Below, one piece after another: positions 48,835-59,619 of a stretch of 64,000 bases of DNA. The first letter of the stretch is position 1, and every line of letters begins with the position of its first letter. This DNA is from Myxococcota bacterium (GTDB taxonomy: Bacteria; Myxococcota_A; UBA9042; PHBI01; JAWLBL01), in the NCBI GenBank assembly GCA_041687695.1, contig JAWLBL010000001.1, positions 387,461 to 451,460 of the forward strand. Reading direction: 5' to 3'. Under the pieces are notes generated by a model. The model saw only the letters and a list, made by a program, of their open reading frames with translations, did no database searches and had not been told where the DNA came from. The position numbers and the translations under genes were made by a program.

Positions 48835-51777
48835 CTACTCGAGCAGCGCCAGCAGCTCGTCGCGCGTGATGGCGGCGGCGCGATCGGCGCCCGCCAGGGC
48901 CGCGTCGGCCAGCGCGCGCTTGTGCTCCTGCAGGGCCAGGATGCGCTCCTCGACCGTGTCCTCGGCCACCAGCCGGTGCACGAACACCGGCCGGTCCTGG
49001 CCGATGCGGTGGGCGCGGTCGGCGGCCTGGTCCTCGACGGCCGGGTTCCACCACGGATCGACGAGGAACACGTGGTCGGCGGCCGTCAGGTTCAGGCCCG
49101 TGCCGCCCGCCTTCAGCGACAGCAGCATCACCGGGCAGTCCGGATCGTCCTGGAAGCGCTGGACCGCCCCCTCGCGATCGCGCGTCGCGCCGTCCAGACG
49201 GCTGAAGGCCAGCCCGGCCGCCTTCAGGTGCGGCTCGACCAGATCGAGCAGGCTGGTCCACTGCGAGAAGACCAGCGCCTTGTGGCCCTCGCTGGCCGCC
49301 TCCTCGATGGACTCCATCAGCAGGTCGACCTTGGACGACCGCTCGGCCGACTGGCCGGGCACCAGCGCCGAGTGACACGCCGCCTGCCGCAGCCGCAGCA
49401 GGGCCTCGAGCGCCGCCAGCACGCTCCCGCCGCCGCGCAGCCGCTCGACCACCTCGCGCCGCGTCGCCTGCCGGATGGCGTCGTAGACCACCCGCTCGCC
49501 CTCGTCGAGCTGGCAGCGCAGCACCACGTCCGTCCGCGGCGGCAGCTCGGGCGCCACGTCGCGCTTGACGCGCCGCAACATGAACGGCCGGATCCGCTCG
49601 CGCAGCCGCGCCGCCGCGCCCGCCTTCCCCTCGGCGATGGGCTGCACGTGGCGCTCCACGAAGTCCGCGCGGCCGCCCAGCAGCCCGCGGTTCGTGAAGT
49701 GCATCTGGCTCCACAGCTCGTCGAGCCGGTTCTCGACCGGCGTGCCGGTCATCGCCAGCCGGAAGTCGGCCTTCAGGCGGTAGGCCGCCTGCGCCACCTG
49801 GCTGTCGGGGTTCTTGATGGCCTGCGCCTCGTCCAGGATGACCGTGTCCCAGCGCTCGGCCGCCAACGGCTCGGCGTCGAGGCGCAGGATGGGGTAGGTC
49901 GTCAGCGTGAGGTCCGCGGCCGGATCCAGCGCGCGCTTGGGGCCGTGATAGACGGCCACCTTCAGCCCCGGCCTGAACTTGGCCGCCTCGGCCTTCCAGT
50001 TGTGCAGCACGCTGGTCGGCGCCACCACCAACGTCCGCCCGCGCACGCTGGTCAGCGCCTGCAGCGTCTTGCCCAGGCCCATGTCGTCGGCCAGCAGCGC
50101 CCCGCAGCCCAGGCCCCGCACGAAGGCCAGCCAGTCGACGCCCTGGCGCTGGTAGTGGCGCAGCTGCGCGTTCAGATCCGCCGGCAGCGCGGCCGGCGCG
50201 ATGCCGCTGAAGTCGTCGAGCGCCGCCGTCAGCCGCTCGAGCCGCGGCGGCGGCGCCTCGCCCATGGCCCGGGCCAGCTTGGCCACGTCCGGCAGCGCCG
50301 CGGTCGGCACCTTCCCGACCTCGTCCTTGGCCGCCAGCAGATCCGCGACCCGCTCGCCGTGCTCGCGCAGCCACGCGGTCGGCAGCGGCGCCCACGCCCC
50401 GTCGTTCAGCGGGATGAGGCTGGCCCCGGCGCGGAACGCGCGCAGCACCGCCTTGGCGTCGGCCTTGCCGGCCGGCGACTCGAAGGCGACCTCGACCTCG
50501 AGGCCGTCCTCGTCGCCACCGAAGCTGACCCGCGGCTCGAGCGGCGCCGCCACGTAGATCTGCTCGTGGGCCCGGCCGCGCACCTCGCCGGCTGCCCCGG
50601 CGTCCCCCGCTTCCCAGGTCCGGAGCCGCGCCGCCATGGCCAGCGCGTCCTCGCCGCCCACCTCCACGCGCCGCCCGGGCACGAGCCCCAGCACGTCCTG
50701 CAGCCGGCGCGTCAGGCGCTGCTCCGCCCGCTCGTCGCGCAGCGGCACCTTGTCACCCAGCAGCACCAGCTGCCCGCGGTCGACGCGCGCCTGCGGCGGG
50801 TCGCCATAGACCAGCGTCGCCAGCACCTCGAGCCCGACCTCGCTGCGCTCGACCTCGACCACCACCCGCGGCGGCTCGGCCTCGGCGTCGGGGAGCCGGC
50901 GCGTCCGCACGTCGACCGGCAGGCGCTTGCGCAGCGCCGGCAGCACGTCGGCGACCAGCGCGGCCACCTGATCGGCCGGGAACACCCGCCCGCCCTCGCG
51001 CATCAGCTCGTGCCGCTCGCGCTCGGTCAGGTTCGACTCGCCGATGGGGCGCAGCTCGTCCCCGCAGCGCGCCGCGCCGTTGCCGAACATCTCTTCGATG
51101 GCCGGGTCGCGGTCGATGCGGACCCGGAAGCCCCCGGCGGCGTCCTCGACGATGACGTGCGGCACCACCGGCCGGAGGGAGGCACGAATCGGCTGGCCGT
51201 CCAGCTGCACGTCCCGGGCGTGCACGAGCGCCTTGAGCACCTCGGCCATGCGCGCCCGCTGGATCGGCCCGCCCGGCCGCTCGCCCAGGGCGCGCTCGAT
51301 GCTCAGATCGGCCTGCGAGGTCACCAGGTGAGGCACCTGCGCGCGTCCGGTCGCGACGGCCTGCAGCTGGACCTTCAGCGGCTCGAGCTTTCCGTCGCGG
51401 GCGACGAAGCGCTCGAGCAGCAGCCCCCGGTCACCGCGCCGCAGGCGATAGGCCACGGTCCCGACGGGCACCTTGGGCCGCGGCGCCAGCTCGCCGCTGT
51501 CGCCGGCGCGCTTGAGCGTGATGACCGCGGCGGCGACGTGCGGGCAGGCGTCGTCCTGGCTGGGGCACTCGCACGACCAGTCCGGGTCGTCGGGCCACAG
51601 CGTCACGAGCAGGCTCGCGACGGCGCCGCGCATCTGCACGCGGTAGCGGATCTCGGAGGCGTCCGCGTGCTCGACGAGCATCGTGGCCTGCCGCGCGATC
51701 TCGACGCCCCGCGACCACACGGGCGGGTCGCACGCCTCGCGGACGGCCTCGAACAGCTCGCTCACCGCATCCGACAC
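48835..51777 (-). CDS. SWIM zinc finger + SNF2-family DEAD/DEAH helicase
   Basis: WSCECP...CPHVAA (SWIM); [81 protein letters not shown]. Confidence 0.96.
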   Translation of the reverse strand: MSDAVSELFEAVREACDPPVWSRGVEIARQATMLVEHADASEIRYRVQMRGAVASLLVTLWPDDPDWSCECPSQDDACPHVAAAVITLKRAGDSGELAPRPKVPVGTVAYRLRRGDRGLLLERFVARDGKLEPLKVQLQAVATGRAQVPHLVTSQADLSIERALGERPGGPIQRARMAEVLKALVHARDVQLDGQPIRASLRPVVPHVIVEDAAGGFRVRIDRDPAIEEMFGNGAARCGDELRPIGESNLTERERHELMREGGRVFPADQVAALVADVLPALRKRLPVDVRTRRLPDAEAEPPRVVVEVERSEVGLEVLATLVYGDPPQARVDRGQLVLLGDKVPLRDERAEQRLTRRLQDVLGLVPGRRVEVGGEDALAMAARLRTWEAGDAGAAGEVRGRAHEQIYVAAPLEPRVSFGGDEDGLEVEVAFESPAGKADAKAVLRAFRAGASLIPLNDGAWAPLPTAWLREHGERVADLLAAKDEVGKVPTAALPDVAKLARAMGEAPPPRLERLTAALDDFSGIAPAALPADLNAQLRHYQRQGVDWLAFVRGLGCGALLADDMGLGKTLQALTSVRGRTLVVAPTSVLHNWKAEAAKFRPGLKVAVYHGPKRALDPAADLTLTTYPILRLDAEPLAAERWDTVILDEAQAIKNPDSQVAQAAYRLKADFRLAMTGTPVENRLDELWSQMHFTNRGLLGGRADFVERHVQPIAEGKAGAAARLRERIRPFMLRRVKRDVAPELPPRTDVVLRCQLDEGERVVYDAIRQATRREVVERLRGGGSVLAALEALLRLRQAACHSALVPGQSAERSSKVDLLMESIEEAASEGHKALVFSQWTSLLDLVEPHLKAAGLAFSRLDGATRDREGAVQRFQDDPDCPVMLLSLKAGGTGLNLTAADHVFLVDPWWNPAVEDQAADRAHRIGQDRPVFVHRLVAEDTVEERILALQEHKRALADAALAGADRAAAITRDELLALLE

Positions 51778-51793
51778 GCGCGCGCTCGCCTCG

Positions 51794-52015
51794 CTACTTC
51801 GAGCGGTAGGTGATGCGGCCGCGCGTCAGGTCGTACGGCGACAGCTCGACGGTGACCTTGTCGCCCGGGAGGATGCGGATGAAGAACTTGCGCATCTTGC
51901 CCGAGACGTGGGCGAGGACGTTGTGGCCGTTCTCGAGCTCGACCTTGAACATCGCGTTCTTGAGGGACTCGACCACGGTCCCCTCGACCTGAATCCCTTC
52001 TTCCTTGTTCGACAT
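51794..52015 (-). CDS. infA: Translation initiation factor IF-1
   Basis: [68 protein letters not shown]. Confidence 0.99.
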   Translation of the reverse strand: MSNKEEGIQVEGTVVESLKNAMFKVELENGHNVLAHVSGKMRKFFIRILPGDKVTVELSPYDLTRGRITYRSK

Positions 52016-52382
52016 GTTCGCTCCGGGTGATTGCCCCAGTGATGACCACCAGGCGGATGGCGGGGGCCGGGCCGCGGTGTGCGGCGTCGGTCGGGGCCGG
52101 GCCGTGATCGCGATCACGGCGAGCGCGGCCTCGATCGAGGTCCCCTGCCCTATGGGGACCCGGGCGCCGTGGGACGCGCCACGCAGGACGTGTGCACCGC
52201 AAAGGCGACCGATTCGCCTGTTATTCCGTTGAACTACCGCTCCGTGCGGGGGGCGGGACGCCGCGGCGCTGGTCGGCTGGGCGCCTGTTCGCACTTGGAT
52301 CGGCAGCGCCCACTCCACAGGAGCGGGCGGCTCCAGTCAAGCATTCGTCGCCGCCAGGGCCGCGGCGCGCGCCCTGCGACGG

Positions 52383-53780
52383 TCAGCAGGGGCAGTCGAA
52401 GTCCGGGGGCGTGCGATCCTCGACGACCCGGTAGACGCCGTCGACCCGGCTCATCAGCACCGACCCGCTCATCAGCTCGACGTCCCCGTCGCCGTCGACG
52501 TCCGCGGCCGCGACGGGCTCGAACAGCGCGCCGGGCGCCTTGACGTCCGTCTGCAGGACCAGCTTCACGGCGCCGCGCTCGCGCCGCACCTCCCAGACCG
52601 CCCAGAACTCGCCGTAGAAGTCGCCGCAGCCGTGGCCCGCCCGCGCCGAGACCGCGACCAGGCTGGCCTCGTCCTTGGCCCCGAAGGCGACGACCCGCGG
52701 CGCCGCCCCGTCGAAGGCGTCCCAGGCCCCGGTGTGCCCGTTGCCCTTGAAGTCCTTCTGGATCGCCTTGTAGCCGGGCAGCTTGCGGAAGGCGGCCAGC
52801 GCCTGACGCTGCACGGCCGCGTCCGGCGTCATCCGGGACGGCGGCGTGGCCCGCCCCTCGGCCCTCGCCCAGACGCCCTTGCACCCGTCCAGCGCCCCCA
52901 CGACGACGGTGGCCCCGTTGCCGAAGCCCTGCCGCGCGATCTCGGCCGGGCTCGCCGGCGGCTCCCCCTCGAAGTCGCCCTGCCCCAGCCACTGGTTCGA
53001 CTGCCCGAAGTGCGGCTCGAAGCGCGACAGCAGCCACAGCCCCGTGACCCGCGCTCGGCACGGCCCGCCCACCCCGTCGAAGACCGTCACCTCGCGCCCC
53101 TGCCAGCCCACCAGCGCCTCGGTGAGCTTGCTGGTGTCGACCCTGGCCCGCGCCGCGAACGCATGCGCGCTGCCCAGCAGCTCGGGCTCACCGACCGCCC
53201 AGTCGGCCTCGCCGTCGGCCAGGATGACGTACGAGCCGCCCCCCGCCTCGGCGACGAACGCGAACCGGTCGCGCGGCACCTGAGCCGCCGCCGTGGCAGC
53301 GCCCACCACCCGCGAGGCCAGCATCTCCTCGCGGGCGATCTTCAGCGCGCCGCCCTCGCGGACCAACACCAGCTGCTTGGGCCCGACGTCCTTGTAGCCG
53401 CCCGAGGCCCAGGTCTGCGTGAACCTCAGGACGGCGGTCGTCGCCAGCCCCTCCGTCTGCAGGCCGCTGGCCTCGACCGTCATGGCGCGCCGGAACATGT
53501 CGCCCCGGTCCTTCATCCAGCCGGCGCGGTCGAAGGCGGCCGTGGTCGCGCCCGAGCGCCGGACCCCGAAGAAGCGCGCGGCGTAGTGGGCCTGATAGGC
53601 CGCGAAGTCGCCGCGGTTCTGCGTGGCGAGCCAGCTCGCGAGGAACGTCCGGACCTCGGCCTCGTCGATGCGCGGCGGGGGCGGCTGCGCCGAGGCCACC
53701 TGGGGCACCGTGGCGACGACGGCGAGCGCGGCGAGCGCGGCGGTCAACAGCGAGAGGCGACGGGAGCGGGGGGCGAGCAT
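52383..53780 (-). CDS. Secreted protein with N-terminal NTF2-like domain
   Basis: Signal peptide ..VASA-Q; EVRTFLASWLATQN.GDF.AY..HY, FTQTW.SGGYKDVGPKQLVL.REGG.LKI.RE; C-terminal DVDGDGDVE. Confidence 0.7.
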   Translation of the reverse strand: MLAPRSRRLSLLTAALAALAVVATVPQVASAQPPPPRIDEAEVRTFLASWLATQNRGDFAAYQAHYAARFFGVRRSGATTAAFDRAGWMKDRGDMFRRAMTVEASGLQTEGLATTAVLRFTQTWASGGYKDVGPKQLVLVREGGALKIAREEMLASRVVGAATAAAQVPRDRFAFVAEAGGGSYVILADGEADWAVGEPELLGSAHAFAARARVDTSKLTEALVGWQGREVTVFDGVGGPCRARVTGLWLLSRFEPHFGQSNQWLGQGDFEGEPPASPAEIARQGFGNGATVVVGALDGCKGVWARAEGRATPPSRMTPDAAVQRQALAAFRKLPGYKAIQKDFKGNGHTGAWDAFDGAAPRVVAFGAKDEASLVAVSARAGHGCGDFYGEFWAVWEVRRERGAVKLVLQTDVKAPGALFEPVAAADVDGDGDVELMSGSVLMSRVDGVYRVVEDRTPPDFDCPC

Positions 53781-53916
53781 CGGGGACCTCGCGGGTGGGG
53801 CGGCGCCGCCAGGGAGGGGACGGCGCGCGGGTGAGTTTCGCGACAAGCTACCGCGACTCGGGCAAGGTCCGGAAGGGCGGCGGCCGCGGACGGTGCGGGC
53901 GCCCGGGAGGCCGACG

Positions 53917-54273
53917 ATGAGCGAGACGAGCCGCGACGCGGGCGGGACGGTCCTCTACGAGGTGACCTTGGACGTCGAGGCCGAGGTGGCCGGCGCCTTC
54001 GCAGAGTGGCTCGCCGGGCACATCGACGAGATGCTCGATCTGCCAGGCTTTCGCTCGGCGGCGTGGTGGCGCGAGGCCTCGCCCGACGCGCCGCCCGCGA
54101 CCGATCCTGGCGCGACCCGCTGGGTGGTCCAGTACCGGCTGGCCGATCGCGCTGCGCTCGACGTCTACCTGCGCGATCACGCCCCTCGCATGCGCCAGGG
54201 CGGGATCGACCGCTTCGACGGCCGGTTCACGGCCACGCGGCGGGTCCTCGAGCTGGTCGACGGCAAGCCCTGA
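53917..54273 (+). CDS. DUF4286 family protein
   Basis: VLYEVTL.V...V...F.EWL..HIDEML.LPGF.SA...VQY....AL..YL..HAPRMR..G..RF..RF.ATRRVL; GGGAGG SD. Confidence 0.85.
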   Translation: MSETSRDAGGTVLYEVTLDVEAEVAGAFAEWLAGHIDEMLDLPGFRSAAWWREASPDAPPATDPGATRWVVQYRLADRAALDVYLRDHAPRMRQGGIDRFDGRFTATRRVLELVDGKP

Positions 54274-54532
54274 GCGTCCGCGTGGCCCCTGACATCGAGC
54301 GGGATGTCGGATCACGTCGATCGCGATCTGTCAAGACCCCGGCCTCGGCGACGACCCGCGCGTCGCGACCGCACCGCGCGCGCGTCGCCGCCCGGGACCG
54401 AGCGCCCGCCCGGCCGCAGGGGCGGCGCCGATGTGCCCGCGACCATTCACCTTCCGGAATGCGATGACGCGTCGCCGGGGTTGGCCCGTTCCGCGCGCGA
54501 CCAAGGCGCCGAGGCCAGGCCCGAAGTCCGTA

Positions 54533-54561
54533 TTGACAGCCGGATCGACCTGACCTACCAC
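54533..54561 (+). promoter_or_regulatory. Possible sigma-70 promoter (TTGACA-N17-TACCAC)
   Basis: Perfect -35 at 54533-54538, weak -10 at 54556-54561, 50 bp upstream of ATG 54611. Confidence 0.4.
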
Positions 54562-54610
54562 CGGCACAGCGGCGACCGACACTTTCCGCCGCACACCCTC
54601 GGAGAAACTC

Positions 54611-55255
54611 ATGAAGCTCATCACCCGTTGCGTCAAGTCCGCCTTCCTGGTGGCCGCCCTGACCGGGCTCCTCGGAGCCTCGGCCTGCCAGAAGAAGGAG
54701 GAGCCCAAGAAGGAAGAGGCCGCCGCGGCGACCGACAAGAAGGAAGGCGAGGCCGCCAAGGCCGAGGACGGCGCCGAGAAGAAGGCCGACGAGGCCGCCG
54801 GCGCGAACGCCTGCGAGAAGGTCCTCGAGAAGATGTGCGAGGCCGCCCCGACCATGTGCGACGAGCTCAAGAAGAAGGCCGCCGAGGCGCCCAAGCCGAC
54901 CGAGGCCGAGCTGGCGGGCTGCGAGGAGCTGCTCAAGAACGAGGCCAAGCTCAACGAGATGACCGGGGCCATCAAGGCCGCGGCCGAGCTCAAGAAGGGC
55001 GCCGAGGCCGCCGCCGCCGCCGCCGCCGAGGGCGAGGCCAAGCCCGAGGGCGAGGCTCCCGCCGCCGCCGAGGGTGAGGCCAAGCCCGAGGGCGAGGCTC
55101 CCGCCGCCGCCGAGGGTGAGGCCAAGCCCGAGGGCGAGGCTCCCGCCGCCGCCGAGGGTGAGGCCAAGCCCGCCGAGGGTGAGGCCAAGCCCGAGGGCGA
55201 GGCTCCGGCCGCCGCCGAGGGCGAGGGCAAGGCCGAGGAGAAGGCCGCCGAGTAG
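54611..55255 (+). CDS. Lipoprotein with Cys-containing helical core and AEGEAKPEGEAPAA repeats
   Basis: Lipobox ASAC; 42-bp coding repeats at ~55015-55230; strongly biased codon usage. Confidence 0.85.
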   Translation: MKLITRCVKSAFLVAALTGLLGASACQKKEEPKKEEAAAATDKKEGEAAKAEDGAEKKADEAAGANACEKVLEKMCEAAPTMCDELKKKAAEAPKPTEAELAGCEELLKNEAKLNEMTGAIKAAAELKKGAEAAAAAAAEGEAKPEGEAPAAAEGEAKPEGEAPAAAEGEAKPEGEAPAAAEGEAKPAEGEAKPEGEAPAAAEGEGKAEEKAAE

Positions 55256-55310
55256 TCGGCGCCTGCCCTCGAGGCCGCCGGTCGTCGAGGGCGCCATCGG
55301 TTGATTCGTC

Positions 55311-55346
55311 ACGCGAGGGCGGGCTACGGTCCGCCCTCGCGCGTTT
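55311..55346 (+). terminator. Stable hairpin (12-bp stem, C-UACG-G loop), possible terminator
   Basis: GCGAGGGCGGGC-TACG-GTCCGCCCTCGC followed by GCGTTT; short U-tract. Confidence 0.45.
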
Positions 55347-55371
55347 CGAAAGCATCGCAGGGGAAAGCCGC

Positions 55372-56571
55372 ATGTCCGCCCGCCTCGCCGAGCTCGCTTC
55401 GACCTCGATGTCCCTGGCCCGCTTCGCCCTGGCGCTCTGCGCGATGGCCGCCGCCGCGGCGTGCGGCGACGCGCCGGTCGAGACCGCGTCCTCGACCTGC
55501 AGCTGCGAGGGCCGCGCCTGCGGCGACGACGGCTGCGGCGCCTCCTGCGGCGCGTGCGGCGACGGGACGACCTGCTTCGGCGGCCAGTGCATCGACGCGG
55601 CCGAGTGCGACGTCGTCGGGTTCGCGCCCACGGCCGAGTCGGTGTTCACGCGCCGCGCCGGAGGGCAGCAGCGCCTGCACTACGTCGCGACGACCAAGAC
55701 CGTCTCGCCGCCCTTCGACATGGTGGTCATCGACCTCGACCACGCCGGCTTCTTCCCCGGGGGCGTCCCGGCGGCCGGCACCTACGACCTCGCCGGCCTC
55801 GACGGCCCGACCTGCAGCCTATGCGTGCGCGGCTTCGGCTTCTGCAACGATCAGGACTGCTTCAACAAGTTCGTCGCCAAGGAGGGGCGCCTGACCCTGT
55901 CCGAGACGGGCGAGCCGGGCACCCCCTTCGTCGGCCGCCTCGACGCCGTGAAGTTCCAGCAGATCCGCATCACCGACAGCGGCCAGGTCACGCCACACCC
56001 CTCCGGCAAGACCTGGTGCCTCGACCAGCTGGCCTTCTCGCAGGACGTCCCGCCCCTGCCCGACAGCAGCAGCACCTGCGTCGCGCCCGGGACCGGCACC
56101 AAGGTCGGCGACAACATCGGCGACTTCGCCCTGACCAACTGCCTGGGCGAAGAGGTCGCCCTGCACGCCCGCTGCGGCGCCGCCAAGGCCCTGTGGGTGG
56201 TCGCCGTGGCCGGCTGGTGCGGCGCCTGCGAGAGCTTCGTGCCCTACGTCGCGCAGCAGTACGCCGAGCGCTCGGACGACGGCCTCGAGATCATGATCGT
56301 CCTCGGCGAGGACAACCACGGCGGCAAGCCCTCGCTCGATTACTGCAAGGCCTACGCGAGCCACCACGGCGTCGACCCGCGGCTGGTCTTCGTCGACCAC
56401 GGCACCAGCGGCTGGCAGCAGACCTTCTCGAAGATCGAGACCTACTCGGGCGGCACCCTGGGCCTGCCGTGGAATGCGCTCCTCGACGCGACCAGCATGG
56501 AGTATGTCTGGAGCACCAACGCCGGCACCGGCGACCTCGCCGCCGAGCTCGACGCCCTGCTCCAGCCCTGA
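55372..56571 (+). CDS. Cys-rich lipoprotein with C-terminal thioredoxin-like (WCGAC) domain
   Basis: Lipobox AAAC; CEGRACGDDGCGASCGAC repeat; VGD.IGDFALT...AGWCGAC...GLPWNALLD. Start may be 55408. Confidence 0.75.
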   Translation: MSARLAELASTSMSLARFALALCAMAAAAACGDAPVETASSTCSCEGRACGDDGCGASCGACGDGTTCFGGQCIDAAECDVVGFAPTAESVFTRRAGGQQRLHYVATTKTVSPPFDMVVIDLDHAGFFPGGVPAAGTYDLAGLDGPTCSLCVRGFGFCNDQDCFNKFVAKEGRLTLSETGEPGTPFVGRLDAVKFQQIRITDSGQVTPHPSGKTWCLDQLAFSQDVPPLPDSSSTCVAPGTGTKVGDNIGDFALTNCLGEEVALHARCGAAKALWVVAVAGWCGACESFVPYVAQQYAERSDDGLEIMIVLGEDNHGGKPSLDYCKAYASHHGVDPRLVFVDHGTSGWQQTFSKIETYSGGTLGLPWNALLDATSMEYVWSTNAGTGDLAAELDALLQP

Positions 56572-56577
56572 CCCCGC

Positions 56578-57432
56578 GTGACGATGCTCGGTCCCGACGC
56601 CTTCCAGCTCCTCTGCCTCGCCGTCCTCGCCACCGCCTGGGCCTTCCTGCTGCGCCAGGGGGACGACGCCCGCGCCCTCGCTCGTGACGGCCTGCTCCTG
56701 GGCGCTGGCGCCTGGCTCGGCGAGCAAACATGCATCGCCTGGTACGCCTTCTACGGCTACGCCGACTTCTGGTGGGTCCGCCTCGGCCACATCCCGCTGC
56801 TCGTCGCCCTCATCTGGCCCATGGTCATCCTCTCGGCGCGCCAGGTCGTCGGCGCCCTCGCCCCCAACGCGCGCGGCCTCGCCTCCGCCGCCCTGGTCGG
56901 CCTCGTCGTCATCTTCGACGCCTCGCTCGTAGAGGTCGTCGCCGTCCGCGCCGGCCTGTGGGCCTGGGCCGAGGGCGGCTACCTGGACGTCCCCCTCATC
57001 GGCATCCTGGGCTGGGGCTTTTACGGCGCCGCCGCCTCGTGGTGGCTCGACCGCGCCCGCGGCCCCTGGCGCCTGGCCCTGCCCCTGGTCGCCCTCCCCC
57101 TCACCCACGGCCTCATCCAGCTCGCCTGGTGGGCCCTGTTCCGCTGGACCCTGCGCGACCCGGCCACCCTCGGCCCCACCCTCTTCTGGGCCGCCTTCGC
57201 CGCCCTCGCCCTCGCCTTCGCCCTGCGCGCCCGCGCCCGCGGCCTCGGCCTGCCCCTCGACACCGCCCTGCCCCGCGTCCTCGCCTCGGCCGTCTTCCTC
57301 TACCTGCTCGTCACCTTCGACGCATCGGACGACACCTGGCTCCGCTGGCGCCACACCGCCCTGGTCGCCGTCCCCTACCTGGTCGCGACCCGCTGGTCCC
57401 GCGCCCCCGCCCCCGCGCTGGCGGCCCGCTGA
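56578..57432 (+). CDS. Multi-pass membrane protein, CruF/carotenoid-hydratase-like (DUF422-type)
   Basis: YGY...LGHIPL.V.LIW...D...E.VAV..GLW.W..GGY.DVPL..ILGW pattern. Confidence 0.55.
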   Translation: MTMLGPDAFQLLCLAVLATAWAFLLRQGDDARALARDGLLLGAGAWLGEQTCIAWYAFYGYADFWWVRLGHIPLLVALIWPMVILSARQVVGALAPNARGLASAALVGLVVIFDASLVEVVAVRAGLWAWAEGGYLDVPLIGILGWGFYGAAASWWLDRARGPWRLALPLVALPLTHGLIQLAWWALFRWTLRDPATLGPTLFWAAFAALALAFALRARARGLGLPLDTALPRVLASAVFLYLLVTFDASDDTWLRWRHTALVAVPYLVATRWSRAPAPALAAR

Positions 57433-57439
57433 CGCGCCC

Positions 57440-59518
57440 TCACGGGCAGCCCGGCAGCGCGCACGGCGGGTCCTCGCACAGGTCGGCCACCCGCATCATC
57501 CACAGCGTCGGCGGCGTCGCGGCCGTCCGCCCGAACAGGGCCAGCCCCCCGTCCAGCGCCACCACCGCCGTAGCCGCCCGCGGCAGCGCCATCCCGGTCC
57601 ACTCGTGGCCACCCGCCGACACGCCCGCCGGCGACAAACGCTGGAAGGCGACGGCGACGTTGCCCGGCCCCGAACGCGCCACCAGCACGTCCCCCTCGGC
57701 CGTGAGCGCCGCGTCGACCGGGTCGCCGCTGGCCTGCGACCACGCCACCTGACCGTCCGCCCCGACCGCCGCCAGCGCCCACTGCGCGCCCACGATCCAG
57801 CCCCCGTTCGGCCCCGGCCTCGCGAAGGTCGGCGTCCCCGTGGCGTCCCCCAGGACCGCGGCCTCGGGCCACGCCAGCGCGCCGTCGGCGGTCAGGGCCC
57901 TCACCTCCAGCTTCGCGCCGCCTGGCTTCGGCACCCAGGCTGCCACCACCGCGCCCGCCGGGCCGCCGCCGAAGACCACGGCCGTGGGGTCCAGGTTGTC
58001 CATCGTGGTCTCCCAGACCGGGTCTCCGGCGGCCGTCACCCGCCGCACCGTCACGTCCTGCTTGGTCGCGGTGCCGATGAGCAGGTCGCCCTCGGGCCCC
58101 GCCGCCAGCCCCAGCACCGTGTAGTGCGGCAGCGACAGCACCACCGGCGCCCCCGCCTGCCCGTCCGCCCCGAACGTGACCAGCCACGCCGTGTCCAGGA
58201 CCGAGCTGGTGCGGACCAGGGTCACGATCTCCCCGTCCGCCCCGAGCACCATCCCCGACAGCCAGGCCGACTCGCCGCCGGGCGGGCTCCAGGTCACGTC
58301 CCAGACCACCTCGCCCGCCGGCGTCCAGCGCACCAATCGGACCTGCCCCTGCGACGGCAGCTCGCCGATCTGCGCCCCGCCCAACAGCAGGTCGCCGCCG
58401 CTCAGCGCCAGCCCGAACGCCGGCACGTACTTAGACGTCGTGCCCACGACGCGCTCCCAGCTCGACACGCCCTGCCCGACGCACTGCCCCTGCTGGCACA
58501 ACCCGCCGACCTCGCACTCCGATGGCGCGCAGCTGGCCACCTGCGCCGTGTGCACGCACCCGACCGCCGCGTCGCAGGCGTCCTTGGTGCACGGGTCACC
58601 GTCGTCGCAGTCCAACGCCACGCCCTCGCACACGCCCGCGGCGACGCACACCGTCTCGACCGTGCACGGGTCGCCGTCGTCGCACGCGCCCCCCTGCGTC
58701 CATCCCGGCCCGGTGCACGGCGCCAGCGCCTGGCACACGCCGTCCACGCAGCGTGCCGTGTCTGCCACTGGGCAGGCCTCGACGCCCCACGGTTCCTCGC
58801 AATACCACGACGGCTCCACGGCCCCGCACCACGCGCCGACCAGCGCCTTGATCTGTCCCTCGAAGGCCACCAGCTGCGCGTCGGCTATAGCGTGGCTACA
58901 CAGGTCCCCGCATGCACCGCCGAGGGCGGTGACGACCACGCACTCCGCGTCCTGCTCGCACGCCGCGAGCTGGCTCGCCGCTTCGGCGATGGCGTGCCGG
59001 GCGCCGACGACCAGGTCCTGGCAGCCCTTGCACCCCTCGGGCGTCGTGAACTGCCCGAAGTCGCAGCCCTCAGAGCACGCGGCCAACAAGCAGTGGTCCG
59101 TGTGGAAGCACGACCAGGTCCCCCCGTTGCAGTCGCAGACGAGGCTGTCGTCGCAGCTGCCGCAGCAGCACTCCGTTCCGTACGTGCACTCTCCCCAGAC
59201 CGCGCAAGCGCCGTCGAAGGGCGGCTCCTCGGGCGGACACGTGGTCGGTACGTCCGGGACGACGTCACCCTCACCGACATCTCCCCCGACGTCGGCATCG
59301 CCGATGTCACCCGCGGCGTCGCCGTCGCCCACGACGACACCGTCCGAGTCGGCAACGTCCGCCAGCGCGTCCTCCATCGCGTCCTGGTCCTTGGACGCAT
59401 CGACTTCGCCGGCGCCGTCCCCGGCGTCCTCGGCCCCCGCAGGCTCGCCGCAGGCCACCATCGCCCAGGCGGTCAGCGCGGCAGCCAGGGCCCAGCGAGA
59501 GGTAGTGATCTTCTTCAT
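57440..59518 (-). CDS. Cys-rich lipoprotein with CDDGDPCT repeats and C-terminal beta-propeller-like region
   Basis: Lipobox MVAC; acidic linker; CDDGDPCTVETVC and CDDGDPCTKDACD..VGCVH; repeated G..xW motifs in C-terminus. Confidence 0.75.
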   Translation of the reverse strand: MKKITTSRWALAAALTAWAMVACGEPAGAEDAGDGAGEVDASKDQDAMEDALADVADSDGVVVGDGDAAGDIGDADVGGDVGEGDVVPDVPTTCPPEEPPFDGACAVWGECTYGTECCCGSCDDSLVCDCNGGTWSCFHTDHCLLAACSEGCDFGQFTTPEGCKGCQDLVVGARHAIAEAASQLAACEQDAECVVVTALGGACGDLCSHAIADAQLVAFEGQIKALVGAWCGAVEPSWYCEEPWGVEACPVADTARCVDGVCQALAPCTGPGWTQGGACDDGDPCTVETVCVAAGVCEGVALDCDDGDPCTKDACDAAVGCVHTAQVASCAPSECEVGGLCQQGQCVGQGVSSWERVVGTTSKYVPAFGLALSGGDLLLGGAQIGELPSQGQVRLVRWTPAGEVVWDVTWSPPGGESAWLSGMVLGADGEIVTLVRTSSVLDTAWLVTFGADGQAGAPVVLSLPHYTVLGLAAGPEGDLLIGTATKQDVTVRRVTAAGDPVWETTMDNLDPTAVVFGGGPAGAVVAAWVPKPGGAKLEVRALTADGALAWPEAAVLGDATGTPTFARPGPNGGWIVGAQWALAAVGADGQVAWSQASGDPVDAALTAEGDVLVARSGPGNVAVAFQRLSPAGVSAGGHEWTGMALPRAATAVVALDGGLALFGRTAATPPTLWMMRVADLCEDPPCALPGCP

Positions 59519-59619
59519 GACGCGCGCTCCCGGTCTCGACAGGTCCGGTCGAGCATGGCACGCCCCCCGTGCCCGACGCCACCGCATCCGCACCGGCGCC
59601 GCCCGCGCGCCCTGCAACC

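Noticed and set aside
48835..51777. SNF2 helicase as part of an anti-phage defence island
   Set aside because: Standard stand-alone SWIM-SNF2 architecture beside infA; no methylase, nuclease or other defence genes nearby.
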